The notes under the pieces were generated by a model that was not told where the DNA came from, did not search any database, and worked only from the letters and a program-made list of their open reading frames with translations. Position numbers and translations under genes: made by a program. Of a DNA stretch of 64,000 nt, positions 35,445 to 46,432 are shown in pieces. This stretch comes from Escherichia coli (GTDB lineage Bacteria; Pseudomonadota; Gammaproteobacteria; Enterobacterales; Enterobacteriaceae): NCBI RefSeq assembly GCF_003018115.1, contig NZ_CP027457.1. One strand, given 5' to 3'. Position 1 is the stretch's first letter. Every line of letters begins with the position of its first letter.

Positions 35445-36212
35445 GTGCCTGGTTTGAAGATTACGCTTTTGCAGCAACCACTGGTGTGGATGGATGGCCC
35501 TGCCAACCTGCGTCATTTTGATCGTCAACTGGAAGGTATTACCGGGCGCGATGTGATCGTTCTACCGGAGATGTTTACCAGCGGCTTTGCCATGGAAGCG
35601 GCAGCTTCGTCGCTAGCACAAGATGACGTAGTGAACTGGATGACAGCTAAGGCGCAGCAGTGCAATGCGCTGATTGCAGGCAGTGTTGCATTACAAACGG
35701 AGTCTGGTTCGGTTAACCGCTTTTTGCTGGTTGAGCCGGGCGGCACGGTACATTTTTATGATAAGCGTCATCTGTTCCGCATGGCAGATGAGCATCTACA
35801 TTATAAAGCGGGCAATGCGCGAGTGATTGTGGAATGGCGCGGCTGGCGTATTTTGCCGCTGGTGTGCTACGACTTACGTTTTCCTGTGTGGTCGCGCAAT
35901 CTCAACGATTATGACCTCGCCCTGTACGTCGCCAACTGGCCTGCTCCGCGCTCTCTGCACTGGCAGGCATTGCTGACGGCCCGCGCGATTGAGAATCAGG
36001 CGTATGTGGCGGGATGCAATCGCGTCGGCAGCGATGGCAACGGCTGCCATTATCGCGGTGACAGCCGGGTGATTAATCCACAGGGCGAGATTATCGCTAC
36101 TGCCGACGCGCATCAGGCAACGCGCATTGATGCGGAGCTGTCGATGGCGGTGTTAAGGGAATATCGCGATAAGTTTCCGGCATGGCGGGATGCGGATGAG
36201 TTTAGGTTGTAG
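35445..36212 (+). CDS. yafV: Omega-amidase / nitrilase-family hydrolase YafV
   Basis: GTG start giving [22 protein letters not shown]; carbon-nitrogen hydrolase E-K-C triad region. Confidence 0.9.
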   Translation: MPGLKITLLQQPLVWMDGPANLRHFDRQLEGITGRDVIVLPEMFTSGFAMEAAASSLAQDDVVNWMTAKAQQCNALIAGSVALQTESGSVNRFLLVEPGGTVHFYDKRHLFRMADEHLHYKAGNARVIVEWRGWRILPLVCYDLRFPVWSRNLNDYDLALYVANWPAPRSLHWQALLTARAIENQAYVAGCNRVGSDGNGCHYRGDSRVINPQGEIIATADAHQATRIDAELSMAVLREYRDKFPAWRDADEFRL

Positions 36213-36239
36213 TGAGTGGGTGTTGTGTTTAGGGCTGGG

Positions 36240-36680
36240 GAGAGTCGGGGAAGACTACGAAAGCCCGCTCTCCTGCGACCACTTTTATCATAGGAGTGTG
36301 GAAGTGCTTTTCCATCAATCGCGATGACGTCTTTGTCATTTGATGAATGGCAGTCACGCATCCAGTTAATAAAGCACTCGTGAAATTTTGCAGGACTGAT
36401 ACAGGATACAACTCTGGCAATGGTATCGTGAACAGGAATACCATTTTCAAAATCACCATATTGCTTCAAAAAATCGAGATGTGTTTCCCCAAAATCCTCT
36501 ATATCTTCCCAACCTTCTGCACCAGAAATAACGGCACAAATAGTCAACAGTAGAATATCCGATAATTTATGTTCCACGTTCCAGGCTTGTCTGTAATCGG
36601 GGATAACAGAAATATGTTCCATCAATTTTTTAAGTTCCATTTTGTTCTCCTTAATTATGTAAGGAGTATTTGATCCAGGG
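36240..36680 (-). mobile_element. Internally deleted ISAs1-family (H-repeat) element; encodes only first ~120 aa of transposase
   Basis: Near-identical to 37420..37860 (same antisense ORF on both copies); protein diverges after ...DKS; shared end motif ACGAAAGCCCGCTC at both elements. Confidence 0.75.
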
Positions 36681-36685
36681 CAAGA

Positions 36686-37822
36686 TTACGAAAGCCCGCT
36701 CCCCGCAAGGACTGACGCCAGATAGTTTCTGTCCATGGCTGCTTTTCGCATCTTACGTCTTAACCCTGCCTTGAATACCTTATCATTCGTCAAAATATTA
36801 ATAGCAATGTGCCGTATCCCTGAAAATAATTCCGCTGCATTTCCTCTTCTTATTCTGCAGTCGTCTTCATTCATTACCACGTCCAGGCGCCAGTGCAGCT
36901 TATTTTCCACGTGCCAGTGATTTCGGTTCGCTGTGGCGAACTTCTCTGCAGTTAAATCAGCAGAGCTGATATAATATCTGACCGTCATTTCGGGTTCTTT
37001 CTTTTGTTCTGCTATTATTGACCGAAAGGAGACTGCCACGCATAATTTCTTCAGCCCTTTCCATTCAAACGTGAAATCAATAAGTTCATCAGGGACATCG
37101 CAAACAATATGAAGACGGATTTCTTCTCTGCCGTGACTCTTTTCACTGATTGCGTAACTGTCATGCTCTGGATTATTTAATTCTTTCAGCGGAAATTTTT
37201 CCTCAAAGGCTTTATTTAGCCGCCCCTGGTTTCCTTTTACCGCGAATAAATAATCACCTCCCTGTTTTTGTATCTTCTCTGCAATATCTTTCTGGCAACC
37301 CATCGCATCAGTTGTGATGATTTTTCCTTTAATATCCAGCATGTTAAGAAGTTCTGGGATAGCTGTAATCTCATTAGATTTCTCATCCGTCCTGATCTGT
37401 CCGATGACCAGACTGTGCATTGTTGAGAACGCACTAATGACATGAATCGCTCCCCTGCGGCGACTCTTGTCATAAGAGTGCCGGAGCGTTTTTCCATCAA
37501 TTGCAATGACGTCTTTATCATCTGAAGAATGGCAGTCACGCATCCAGTTAATAAAGCACTCGTGAAATTTTGCAGGACTGATACAGGATACAACTCTGGC
37601 AATGGTATCGTGAACAGGAATACCATTTTCAAAATCACCATATTGCTTCAAAAAATCGAGATGTGTTTCCCCAAAATCCTCTATATCTTCCCAACCCTCT
37701 GCACCAGAAATGACGGCACAAATAGTCAACAGTAGAATATCTGACAATTTATGTTCTACTTTCCAGGCTTGTCTGTAATCGGGGATAATAGAAATATGTT
37801 CCATCAGTTTTTTAAGTTCCAT
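36686..37822 (-). mobile_element. ISAs1-family transposase (H-repeat-associated protein), complete
   Basis: 378 aa [60 protein letters not shown]... DDE transposase typical of Rhs-associated H-rpt. Confidence 0.9.
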
Positions 37823-38290
37823 TTTGTTCTCCTTATTTATGCAAGGAGTATTTGATCATATATAAGCTATGAAAAATAGTTTTAGGTAATAAGGAATATC
37901 TCAATTATTGAACATTTAGCGCGAATTATTTAGTACAAAAAGTGTACTTCTGATGACCTTTCCCTGCTCCAAAGTCTTCTAAAATCAACAATGTAGACTC
38001 TTAATTATATTTATCAACACAATAATCTATCCTATTACTATCTTGACAAGAGAGAACCGTTTTTTATTTAAATATATGATACACATCATTAAATATATAA
38101 CCATACTTTTTCATAAGGCAATCTAACTTAGCTCTTAAATCACCAAAACCCATCACACCATAACATCTAATAGCCATTGCCACACGTCACCATGGATTTA
38201 TTTCCACCTGCAATTACTTCGTCCTAACTTTAATTTAATCTCAAGAAGCATTAAGATCTCAATAGCGAGCTTAATACTTCTTGAATAATA

Positions 38291-38668
38291 TCACTCCTGA
38301 CCAAAATTTTTCCACACTAATGCATGAGACTTTGATTTGTCACCCAGAAATTTACTTACATCTTGCCAAAGTAAAGAATTGCTATCGGTCGCAGTGACTA
38401 TTGCCTCTATAAGCCCTGTAGCTACAACTGTGGCCAATTCATCATCAAGCGAGACCATACCATCTTCGACATGTTTAAATATTTTTTCTCTTTCAATATC
38501 CCCCATTTCATAAAAATTTTTTACAATCGTTTTTCCAACCTGAGAGAACAACATAACCACCGGTGGCGTTTCTGGATGCCAGTATTCATTAGCTAATGAG
38601 ACTGTCTCAGACAAAACAGTGGAAAATGATGCCATTTTTTCTATATAACTAGCAATATATTGGTTCAT
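38291..38668 (-). CDS. Putative Rhs immunity protein (RhsI), family unassigned
   Basis: 125 aa acidic ORF whose ATG shares one base with the Rhs stop (TAATG); AT-rich like the Rhs CT. Confidence 0.7.
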   Translation of the reverse strand: MNQYIASYIEKMASFSTVLSETVSLANEYWHPETPPVVMLFSQVGKTIVKNFYEMGDIEREKIFKHVEDGMVSLDDELATVVATGLIEAIVTATDSNSLLWQDVSKFLGDKSKSHALVWKNFGQE

Positions 38669-41600
38669 TACTTGCCTCCCAAAGCATTCTGTAAATCCTG
38701 AAGAACGTTTTCTGCTGCTGCTCGATCCCCTGGAGATGCTGTTGGATTCTTATCCAACCAATCCTGTAAAGCCCTTGTATAATCCTGTGCTTTCAATACA
38801 TGTCCTCTACCACCAACTTTTTCACCTGTGGCCAATTCATAACGAACAGCATCTGCTGTGCTTCCACTTCCTACTTTTGCATTTGGCCGATAAAGATCGT
38901 CTATAATATTTTTCAAATTTGAATCTGTAACGTCGGGTTTTCCCATTTTCTGTCGCAATTCATCTTTATACCGTTCATGCTGCATACGATCCCTTGCGCT
39001 ATTCTCATCTTCTGGTCCCCATCCTCCCGGGCTTCCCGTACTGCCGCCGGCCAGGCAGTTCTTCTCTTCATCCGTCAAATCCTTCCCAACATTCGGCTGA
39101 CTCCCTGACGAATTATCATTCTCATGTGGGCTATCTAAAGGACAACTACTGGTCCAGTAACACATTTCAGCCTGAGAATTTATTAACTGCCCATCGCTCA
39201 GAGCCTTCCCGGCACGCCCATCATTAGCGAGAAGGTCATATCCCATTGGCCCAGCGACCACAGCCATTGCTCCAAGAGCAGGGGCAGCAGACGCCATAGC
39301 CGCCGTGACTGCATCAAAAGTCGCCGCCCCACCCGAAAGTAACGCCCCCCCAAATTCTGTTCCTGTTACTGTTGTGGCAGAACCAAGAACCAGTGTCTCA
39401 CCAGACAACCCAAGAGGATCCCCCCGCTGCACCGGGTTCAGCGGATACGCATACAGGTTCCATCCCCCCTTCAGCCCAATGGGATCCTGGGTGATATAGC
39501 GTCCCTGCAACGGATCGTAGTACCGGTTCCGGTTATAGTACAGCCCCGACTCCTCATCATACTGCTGCCCCGGCAGACGGAGTGACTGTTGAAGGTGCTG
39601 CGCGCTGGTTTCGCCCAGCAGGTTTCCCCACTCGTCATACTCCCCCTGCCACGCCGTTTCCCCTTCCGGGCTGATGAGCGCCAGCGGCAGTCCCCGGTGG
39701 TCGCAGTGGTAAAGATGAAGTTTCCTCTCCGGGATGTATTCCGCCTCCAGCTGTGCGGCCATCTGCTCCGCCGTCAGCCCGCACTGCGCAAGCCATGCCT
39801 CACTCTCCGCACTCACCGCTCCCGCGCGCAGTTCCCGCTCCAGCCTCCCCAGCATCACCGACAGCTCCGCCGGTAGCGTCACACCCGTGTCCTCCTGCAA
39901 CACCTCCGCCAGGCTCCGGTGCCGCGCCTTCGCCTGTTCGCCATTCTCTGTTTCGATTCTCAGGAGCGGCGTGAAGCTCCCCGGCTGGTATACCGTCTGG
40001 ATACGCGTGGTGCCGGTCTGTATCGTCGTCAGCCTGTCACCGTCCCACCCGTACCATGTCACCTCCGGTTTACGCGACAGCGACATCCACCCCGTCAGGT
40101 CACGCTCCCGCCGCCATACCCGTTTTCCCGTCCGGCGGCCCAGCGGGTCATAGAGGTACCGGCTCTCCACCTGTGGTTCGCCGTGCTGTATCCGCGTGTA
40201 GAACACCAGGCGGTGCTGGCTGTCGTAGTGATAGTGGTGGGTGCGCTCGTCGTGCATCCGGATAACCCCTTCCGGGATACGGTCCGTCTTCTCCGCCAGC
40301 CTGCCGTATTCATCGTGGCGGTAGACATAGTGCGCATCCTCCGCGATGCGGTTATCCGGCCACGCCGTGAGCGTGCTGTCCGGGTGCAGTTCCGGGTCCG
40401 GCAGCCGGTTTCCTGCCGGGTCCGTCGCATACGGGATATCAATGTCCAGGTTCGCTGCCGTGGTGTGGACGCCCGTCAGCCTTCCCGTGCCGCTGTAACG
40501 GTACTCCCGGCTCTCCTGCGGGCCGCTGATGCGGATTAGCTGTCCGTTGTCGTTCCACGTATACTCACGGTCAAGCTGCGGAAGGTTCAGGTGCCTGCTC
40601 CGGAGCTGGCCGCTGGTATTCCAGGCGGTGGCAAGTTCATATGCCTCCCCGCCGAAGCTGCGGGCCGTCTCACGGTGCAGCCGGTCCCGCGTGTACTCGA
40701 CCAGCGGCGTTCCGCCCAGCTTCATCCCCGCAAGATAACCGCTGCCATACGTCAGCCACTCCACCGGCGGCAGACCGTCCGGCTCCTGACGGGTCGCCAG
40801 CCCCTGTTCGCTGTACGCATGCCCCGTCTCATGCTCCCACAGCATCTCCCCCGTCTCCGGGTTCTCCACCGTCTGCCGTTCGCCCGTCAGGCGGCCTTTA
40901 TCGTCATAGCCGTAGTGGACCGACACGCGGTGGCCTTCACTGGTATGGCTGAGGGTGGTTAACCACCCGTGCTCATCATACTGCCACTGCTCTGCCGGGT
41001 CGCCGTTCACCGTCCGGTGCGTGATGCGGTCCGACGCATCGTAGTGCCAGAGGGTGATAAGCCCCTCGTCTTCACTCTGCGTGAGTTTTCCGGTCAGGTC
41101 ATAGTGGTAACGTTGCGTCCGGCCGTCAAAACCGCGCTGTTCAGTCAGCCTGTCCACCGGGTCATACCGGAACGTGGACTGGCTGCCGTTCTCGTTGGTC
41201 AGCACGGTGATGCGCCCGGCAGCGTCATACCCCATGCTGCGCGTAAGACCGCCTTCCGTCACACTCACCGGACGCCCGTGTTTATCATATTCGATGGTGC
41301 TGCGTTTACCGTCCGGTGATATCGTTGCTGTCAGGTCGCCTGCGGCGCTGTACTCATAACGGATTTCACGCCCCTGCGCATCCTTCTGACTGACCAGTTG
41401 CCCACGCGGGTTATAACTGCTGTAAGTGCTGATGCCTTCCTCCCGGTGAACGGCGATTTGTTGACCGTACCAGTCATACTCATACCGCGTCGTGTACCCC
41501 GAGCAGTCCGTGAAGGCCCGAAGCTGACCGTACCGGTTTCGCGTTATTCTCCGCGTCACCCCGGTTCCGTCTTCCACCGCGCCGGGCAGGCTACTGCGGG

Positions 41601-43173
41601 GGGAGTCATAAAACCAGCGCGTAATGTTACCGTTGCGCGAGGTCTCTTCTGCCAGTCGGCCCTGACGGTCATATTTCCGGTTGCTGCGTAAACCATCCGG
41701 ATATGTCACTGAAGTCAGTTGCAACTGGCTGTTGTAACCATACCGTACCGTCCTGCCGTCCGGCAGTATCACTGAAGTCAGCTTTCCAGACGCCATATGC
41801 AGCCGGTACTCCGTCCGCCGCCCCGCCGCATCCGTCTGCGCCTTCAGCCTCCCCGCCTCATCATACTCGCTGCGGGTGATGCTCCCGTCCGCATGTTCCT
41901 TCTTCACCACACGCTTCAGGCCACCTTCGCCCTCCGTGTACAGCACCTCCCGCCGGTTCAGGCTGTCCGTGATGGTCACACGGTCCTGCCCGTACTCAAA
42001 GCGGTAGTCCAGCCCCTCCGGGTTGACCTGTTCTGTCACCCGACCGGTATCATCATACCGGTAGCGGCTCTCCGGCCTCCCTGCATAATGGTGCGCCACC
42101 ATCCGCCCGGCGTGCTGCACATCATAAGTAAACCCGCGCACCTGCGTCCCGCTGCGGTCATACACCGCCCGCAGTTCTCCGCTGGCCGTGTACGTGTAGC
42201 GCGCCAGCGGCGCAGTCGGCTGTTCATCCGGGTATGCCGGGTCGTGTGTCAGCCACACCGCCTCCAGCCGGATACCGTTATCGGCACCGTACTCTGTACC
42301 GGCGGGCAGCGTGTCGGGGAAAGCTGAAGAAAAGGAAGAAGAGGAAACAGAACGGGGACTGGCCGGGGAAGATAAGGAAGACTCGCGCTGTTTACGGAAG
42401 GCTTCCGCCCGCTGCGCCTGTGTGGTCAGCGCCAGGTGAAAACGGCGGCCCGCGCCGTCCGTCACCCCCGTCACCGCGCCCGCCACGTCACCCTCCGCCG
42501 CCCTGTGAAAGGCCAGCGTCCGACCAAAGCCATCCACCACGCCCGTCAGCACCCGGTATGCGGGCGGCTCCGGCGGCAGCACCTCGTCCGCCTCCGGCAC
42601 CCGCTCCGGCCAGCTGAGCACCAGCCACTGCCCGGTTGTGCTGACAGCCATCATATAGGTGTGTGGACTCAGACGGACCGCTTCCGGCAGCGCCCGCCAG
42701 AGCCGGGCCAGCGGGTGGCCTTTGTGTTGTTTCAGCACCCCACCCCTTGCCAGCCAGAGTGACTCGCTGCGGCTGTAGCTTATCTCGCCGGGAAACAGCG
42801 GCTCAAAGTGAATGCTCCTGCCGCCGTTGTCGTTGAGTATCAGTTCCCGCTCATGAATCTGTAAGCGGATATCAAAGGGGGCTTTCCAGCCGGGGCCAAA
42901 CACCCCCACCGGCGCGGGCGTCCTGGTCCGGTAACTGCTGTAGGCACGGGAAAGAATGAACGGCAGCGGGCCGGGCAGCGCAAGGTCCGTCTCGCCCGGC
43001 AGCACCTTCGCACCCAGTAGCGGGTTCACCGGGTTAGCATAGGTAATCCCTCCCGGACACACCGAGCAGGCCACTCCCGTCGGCGCACCTATCAGCACCC
43101 CCGCTGAACCCTGCACAATATCCAGTCCCTTGCGGGTCATATCACCCTGCCGCGCCGCCGGTTTTCCGCCCAT
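38668..43173 (-). CDS. rhs: Rhs-family polymorphic toxin: N-terminal PAAR-like region, YD-repeat core, variable C-terminal toxin domain
   Basis: 1501 aa; N-term [12 protein letters not shown]...[10 protein letters not shown]; many YD repeats; core ends [27 protein letters not shown]; ~245 aa CT encoded at 38671..39405. Confidence 0.9.
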   Translation of the reverse strand: MGGKPAARQGDMTRKGLDIVQGSAGVLIGAPTGVACSVCPGGITYANPVNPLLGAKVLPGETDLALPGPLPFILSRAYSSYRTRTPAPVGVFGPGWKAPFDIRLQIHERELILNDNGGRSIHFEPLFPGEISYSRSESLWLARGGVLKQHKGHPLARLWRALPEAVRLSPHTYMMAVSTTGQWLVLSWPERVPEADEVLPPEPPAYRVLTGVVDGFGRTLAFHRAAEGDVAGAVTGVTDGAGRRFHLALTTQAQRAEAFRKQRESSLSSPASPRSVSSSSFSSAFPDTLPAGTEYGADNGIRLEAVWLTHDPAYPDEQPTAPLARYTYTASGELRAVYDRSGTQVRGFTYDVQHAGRMVAHHYAGRPESRYRYDDTGRVTEQVNPEGLDYRFEYGQDRVTITDSLNRREVLYTEGEGGLKRVVKKEHADGSITRSEYDEAGRLKAQTDAAGRRTEYRLHMASGKLTSVILPDGRTVRYGYNSQLQLTSVTYPDGLRSNRKYDRQGRLAEETSRNGNITRWFYDSPRSSLPGAVEDGTGVTRRITRNRYGQLRAFTDCSGYTTRYEYDWYGQQIAVHREEGISTYSSYNPRGQLVSQKDAQGREIRYEYSAAGDLTATISPDGKRSTIEYDKHGRPVSVTEGGLTRSMGYDAAGRITVLTNENGSQSTFRYDPVDRLTEQRGFDGRTQRYHYDLTGKLTQSEDEGLITLWHYDASDRITHRTVNGDPAEQWQYDEHGWLTTLSHTSEGHRVSVHYGYDDKGRLTGERQTVENPETGEMLWEHETGHAYSEQGLATRQEPDGLPPVEWLTYGSGYLAGMKLGGTPLVEYTRDRLHRETARSFGGEAYELATAWNTSGQLRSRHLNLPQLDREYTWNDNGQLIRISGPQESREYRYSGTGRLTGVHTTAANLDIDIPYATDPAGNRLPDPELHPDSTLTAWPDNRIAEDAHYVYRHDEYGRLAEKTDRIPEGVIRMHDERTHHYHYDSQHRLVFYTRIQHGEPQVESRYLYDPLGRRTGKRVWRRERDLTGWMSLSRKPEVTWYGWDGDRLTTIQTGTTRIQTVYQPGSFTPLLRIETENGEQAKARHRSLAEVLQEDTGVTLPAELSVMLGRLERELRAGAVSAESEAWLAQCGLTAEQMAAQLEAEYIPERKLHLYHCDHRGLPLALISPEGETAWQGEYDEWGNLLGETSAQHLQQSLRLPGQQYDEESGLYYNRNRYYDPLQGRYITQDPIGLKGGWNLYAYPLNPVQRGDPLGLSGETLVLGSATTVTGTEFGGALLSGGAATFDAVTAAMASAAPALGAMAVVAGPMGYDLLANDGRAGKALSDGQLINSQAEMCYWTSSCPLDSPHENDNSSGSQPNVGKDLTDEEKNCLAGGSTGSPGGWGPEDENSARDRMQHERYKDELRQKMGKPDVTDSNLKNIIDDLYRPNAKVGSGSTADAVRYELATGEKVGGRGHVLKAQDYTRALQDWLDKNPTASPGDRAAAENVLQDLQNALGGK

Positions 43174-43248
43174 GAATCAATTCCTTCTGCTTTTAATATG
43201 GTTTATCTGGTCACTGCACCAGTTCCGTTTTGATTTTTTGCGCCTGAC

Positions 43249-45390
43249 TCAAAATTGCCGCATATCCGGCATTCCGGGGGGTAAATCTTTCGGCACAGGC
43301 GCATCCGGTACAGGTTGTGTGGCACCACAGTTCCAGTTAATCACCGGCGCATCACCGTTCACATCCGACTCCCCTTCCAGATGAATGTGCGTACCATTAA
43401 GAAATATGCTTCCGTCCTTCGTCAGCACCAGCCTTGCCTTACCACAGCAGAGTTCAAGATGCTCACCGGCAGAATAAACTGCTGTTTGTCCGGTGTTTTC
43501 CTTCATCGTCTTGCCCACCGAGAAGGTGACGTTATTCCCTACATTGACGCTGTAGCCCATTCCCACCATCAGTGATTTATGCAGCCCTACCTGTGAGGAC
43601 TGCAACAACGCCACCGAGGTATTCATAATGCCGCCTACCGTCGTCTGATACGCCACACCCACCGTCAGCGCACGAATGATCCCCACCTTTTCAACCTGGT
43701 TTGATCCCACTTTGATAATCTGGTTACTGCCCACCGTTTCCACCTGGTTGACACCAACCGTCTGTATCTGATTAACGCCAATGTTCTGGATCTGGTTATT
43801 GGTAACGGTGATCGCCTGGTTGTTACCTATTTTTTCGGCATGGTTGTTTATCACATCAGTGGTGCGGTTATTCAGCACCTCGGTGTTCATGTTCTTCTGC
43901 GCGTGGATGTAGACCTGTTCTTTCCCTGTCGCATCGTCAAACTTCAGTTCATTAAACCCGCTGCCCTTATAGGTTTTCGAACGAATGGTCATCTGCGTCT
44001 TTGTTCCCGGCAGGCTGCCGGGTGTGCGGTTTTCCTGGTGGTAGGTGCGCCCCATAATGATCGGCTGGTCCGGATCGCCGTTGAGGAAGTCCACAATCAC
44101 CTCCTGACCCACACGCGGTATCGCCAGGTTACCAAACCCGGTGCCTGCCCACGCCTGTGCCACACGGATCCAGCATGAACTGTCCTGGTTTGACGGGTTA
44201 TAGCGGTCCCAGTTAAATTTCACCCGCACGCGACCATGTTCGTCGCAGAAGATTTCCTCGCCTGCCGGTCCCGTCACGACGGCGCTCTGCGGGCCATCCA
44301 CCAGCGGTTTCAGCAACGGCTGTGGTCGCCATGTTCTGTCTGCCGGTATTACCGCAAAATGGTTATCCAGCGTGGTGCCTGAACCCCTGCGTCCCGGTAC
44401 CGCCTGCGGCTGTTCGCCGTGAAGATCGCTCGCCACCACCTGCCATTCCCGGTTCAGGTTCGCCTGCGGATGCCCCGTCAGCACAATTCGCCGTCCCGGC
44501 CATATCTCCGGCGAACGGCTTGTTCCGCGCGCCACTTCTGCGTTGTTTCGCCAGCCATCCATCTGCCAGCGGGCAAAGTTCTGCCCGTGGGCACCCTTGA
44601 AACGTCCGGGGTAGTCATACACTTCATACTGTGTGCGCTGGTAATCCTGGTACTGGCCTTCCTGATCAAAACGCCCTGCCCAGCCGGGTCGTTTAAAGGT
44701 GTAGTCTTTGGTCACCACGGAAGAAGGGCGGATTTGTGCGCTGTAGCGAAACTGGCTGATGCAGAGGGTGCTTACCTCGGTACGGGTGTTCGGATTCCAG
44801 GGGATCTCAAAGGACTCCGGCAGATAACGCACGGTATCGCACAGGACCAGGCTCTGGTCGGTACTTTTTTGCGCGTGCTCCTCATAAAAGAAGATGCCTT
44901 CCTCCGCCGCCATCCGGCACAGGAAATCGTAATCAGTCTCACCGTACTGGACACAAAACTCACGGGAAGGATGCGGTTCACTGAACAGCGGACTCCACTC
45001 GGTCACCCCGTTTTCCTGCAATATCGTGCCGAGGATGCTTTTGATGTCCTCGTTCTGGAAGATACGGAAGTTCTGGCGCAGCCCTGTGCGCCACAGCGGC
45101 GGGCATACCTTCATGCTGTACAGCTTCTGGTTTTTGTCGTTCTCCCCCAGTTCAAACCAGGTCACCACACCTTTCACCCGGCGCTGTACGTCATCGCCCT
45201 GCCATATCGTCAGGTAGGCCATTTTGTCGAGGATCTGCTGGAATTCAAGGGAGAGAAACTGCTGGCTGACCAGAGAGAGAGCGAGGGAAAAAAGCGAAGA
45301 GAGTGACTGGTTCAGATGAAAGGAGACCACCGCAAAAGCATCCGGTGGCAGGCCGTCCACTTCCAGCGTGAAACGTAATCCGGTTGACAT
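43249..45390 (-). CDS. vgrG: Type VI secretion spike protein VgrG
   Basis: 713 aa; gp27/gp5-like VgrG; 75 bp upstream of rhs. Confidence 0.9.
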   Translation of the reverse strand: MSTGLRFTLEVDGLPPDAFAVVSFHLNQSLSSLFSLALSLVSQQFLSLEFQQILDKMAYLTIWQGDDVQRRVKGVVTWFELGENDKNQKLYSMKVCPPLWRTGLRQNFRIFQNEDIKSILGTILQENGVTEWSPLFSEPHPSREFCVQYGETDYDFLCRMAAEEGIFFYEEHAQKSTDQSLVLCDTVRYLPESFEIPWNPNTRTEVSTLCISQFRYSAQIRPSSVVTKDYTFKRPGWAGRFDQEGQYQDYQRTQYEVYDYPGRFKGAHGQNFARWQMDGWRNNAEVARGTSRSPEIWPGRRIVLTGHPQANLNREWQVVASDLHGEQPQAVPGRRGSGTTLDNHFAVIPADRTWRPQPLLKPLVDGPQSAVVTGPAGEEIFCDEHGRVRVKFNWDRYNPSNQDSSCWIRVAQAWAGTGFGNLAIPRVGQEVIVDFLNGDPDQPIIMGRTYHQENRTPGSLPGTKTQMTIRSKTYKGSGFNELKFDDATGKEQVYIHAQKNMNTEVLNNRTTDVINNHAEKIGNNQAITVTNNQIQNIGVNQIQTVGVNQVETVGSNQIIKVGSNQVEKVGIIRALTVGVAYQTTVGGIMNTSVALLQSSQVGLHKSLMVGMGYSVNVGNNVTFSVGKTMKENTGQTAVYSAGEHLELCCGKARLVLTKDGSIFLNGTHIHLEGESDVNGDAPVINWNCGATQPVPDAPVPKDLPPGMPDMRQF

Positions 45391-45549
45391 AGCAACCTCC
45401 GGGGTTAAGGAAAAACAGACAGTTCGCTGTTAAAGCGGCTGTGACAGTACAGTGTTACGCTTGCGTTCAGGCACGCTACCGCCGAAGTTTCCGGCAGCCG
45501 CCATCTCCCGTGAACGTAACCCCTTACTGACAACCTTTCTTTCTACGGC

Positions 45550-45592
45550 GTAATACAAAAACAGCATCCGGCCTGATAGCCGGATGCTGTTG
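45550..45592 (-). terminator. rho-independent terminator/attenuator after hcp
   Basis: Perfect 11-bp stem CAGCATCCGGC/GCCGGATGCTG with 6-nt loop, followed on the minus strand by TTTTTGTATT. Confidence 0.7.
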
Positions 45593-45599
45593 GCTTAAC

Positions 45600-46118
45600 T
45601 TATGCTTCCAGCGGTGCGCGCCAGTCGTCGGCACCGGAGGTGCCAGATTTGACGTGTTCCCATTCAATTTTGCGGTAGGCCAGTGAAACTTCGAGCAACT
45701 GGGTGAACTCGCGTTTCGCCGGGTCCTGGCAATGCGGCATATGCAGTTTCATATCGACAATCGTCGAATCAGTCAGGCGGGTAGTGAAATAATGCTCCTG
45801 TTTGCCTTCCACAGAGGTACGCCACCAGTGAAGTTCAGTGGTTGGCAGCATTTCGCCGGAGGCCAGTGCGTTGTACATCAGCGGAACCGCTTTGTTCAGC
45901 GCCACGGTAAAAATGAAAGGCTTGTGAGCACGCTGACCCGCAGGCTGACCGGACTGAGGATCGGTCGGGACAGTAACGTTATGCAGGAATTCCTGCACCA
46001 GCATCTCGTCTTCGTGCCCCTGCACATAGATGTTGCCGACAGAATCAGCGGTAAATGCACCTGCAGTAATATTTCCCTGGGTCTGACCAGTGATGGAGAT
46101 ATAACACGGTGTTGGCAT
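45600..46118 (-). CDS. hcp: Type VI secretion tube protein Hcp (TssD)
   Basis: 172 aa MPTPCYISITGQTQGNITAGAFTADSVGNIYVQGHEDEMLVQ. Confidence 0.9.
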   Translation of the reverse strand: MPTPCYISITGQTQGNITAGAFTADSVGNIYVQGHEDEMLVQEFLHNVTVPTDPQSGQPAGQRAHKPFIFTVALNKAVPLMYNALASGEMLPTTELHWWRTSVEGKQEHYFTTRLTDSTIVDMKLHMPHCQDPAKREFTQLLEVSLAYRKIEWEHVKSGTSGADDWRAPLEA

Positions 46119-46412
46119 TTGTAAACTCCTTGTTAACGTGGTTAATTACTACTTACAATGACCTGCCGTTAATCCCAGACAGGCAGATGCAGCTCACTTC
46201 ACGGAACCGCATCATTTTTCAGTATTTTTTACATACAAACCGAGCTAGAATTTACGGTTGTCGTAAAAACTATTTTTAAAATCATTAAATCTCTTATTCA
46301 GCAATAACTTAATAATATATATCTGGATAACCATACCCAACTGTTCAAAGTCCGTATTGCCTCCATAAAATGGCCAAAGCTGAATCATGAATAAATATTG
46401 TATTTATCCTTT

Positions 46413-46432
46413 CTGAATTATCATTTTGATAA
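46413..46432. promoter_or_regulatory. Fur-box-like AT hexamer repeat in hcp/tssB divergent control region
   Basis: GAATTATCATTTTGATAATT resembles GATAATGATAATCATTATC. Confidence 0.3.

Noticed and set aside
36113-36276. C-terminal 55 aa of ORF 36113..36640 extending into the yafV 3' end
   Set aside because: Read-through past the internal deletion of the truncated ISAs1 copy, antisense to yafV; only the N-terminal ~120 codons are transposase-derived
39305-42762. Numerous long plus-strand ORFs (up to 206 aa) inside the rhs gene
   Set aside because: They lie antisense to a GC-rich YD-repeat coding region, are Pro/Arg/Ala-rich and low complexity, with no start context; compositional artefacts
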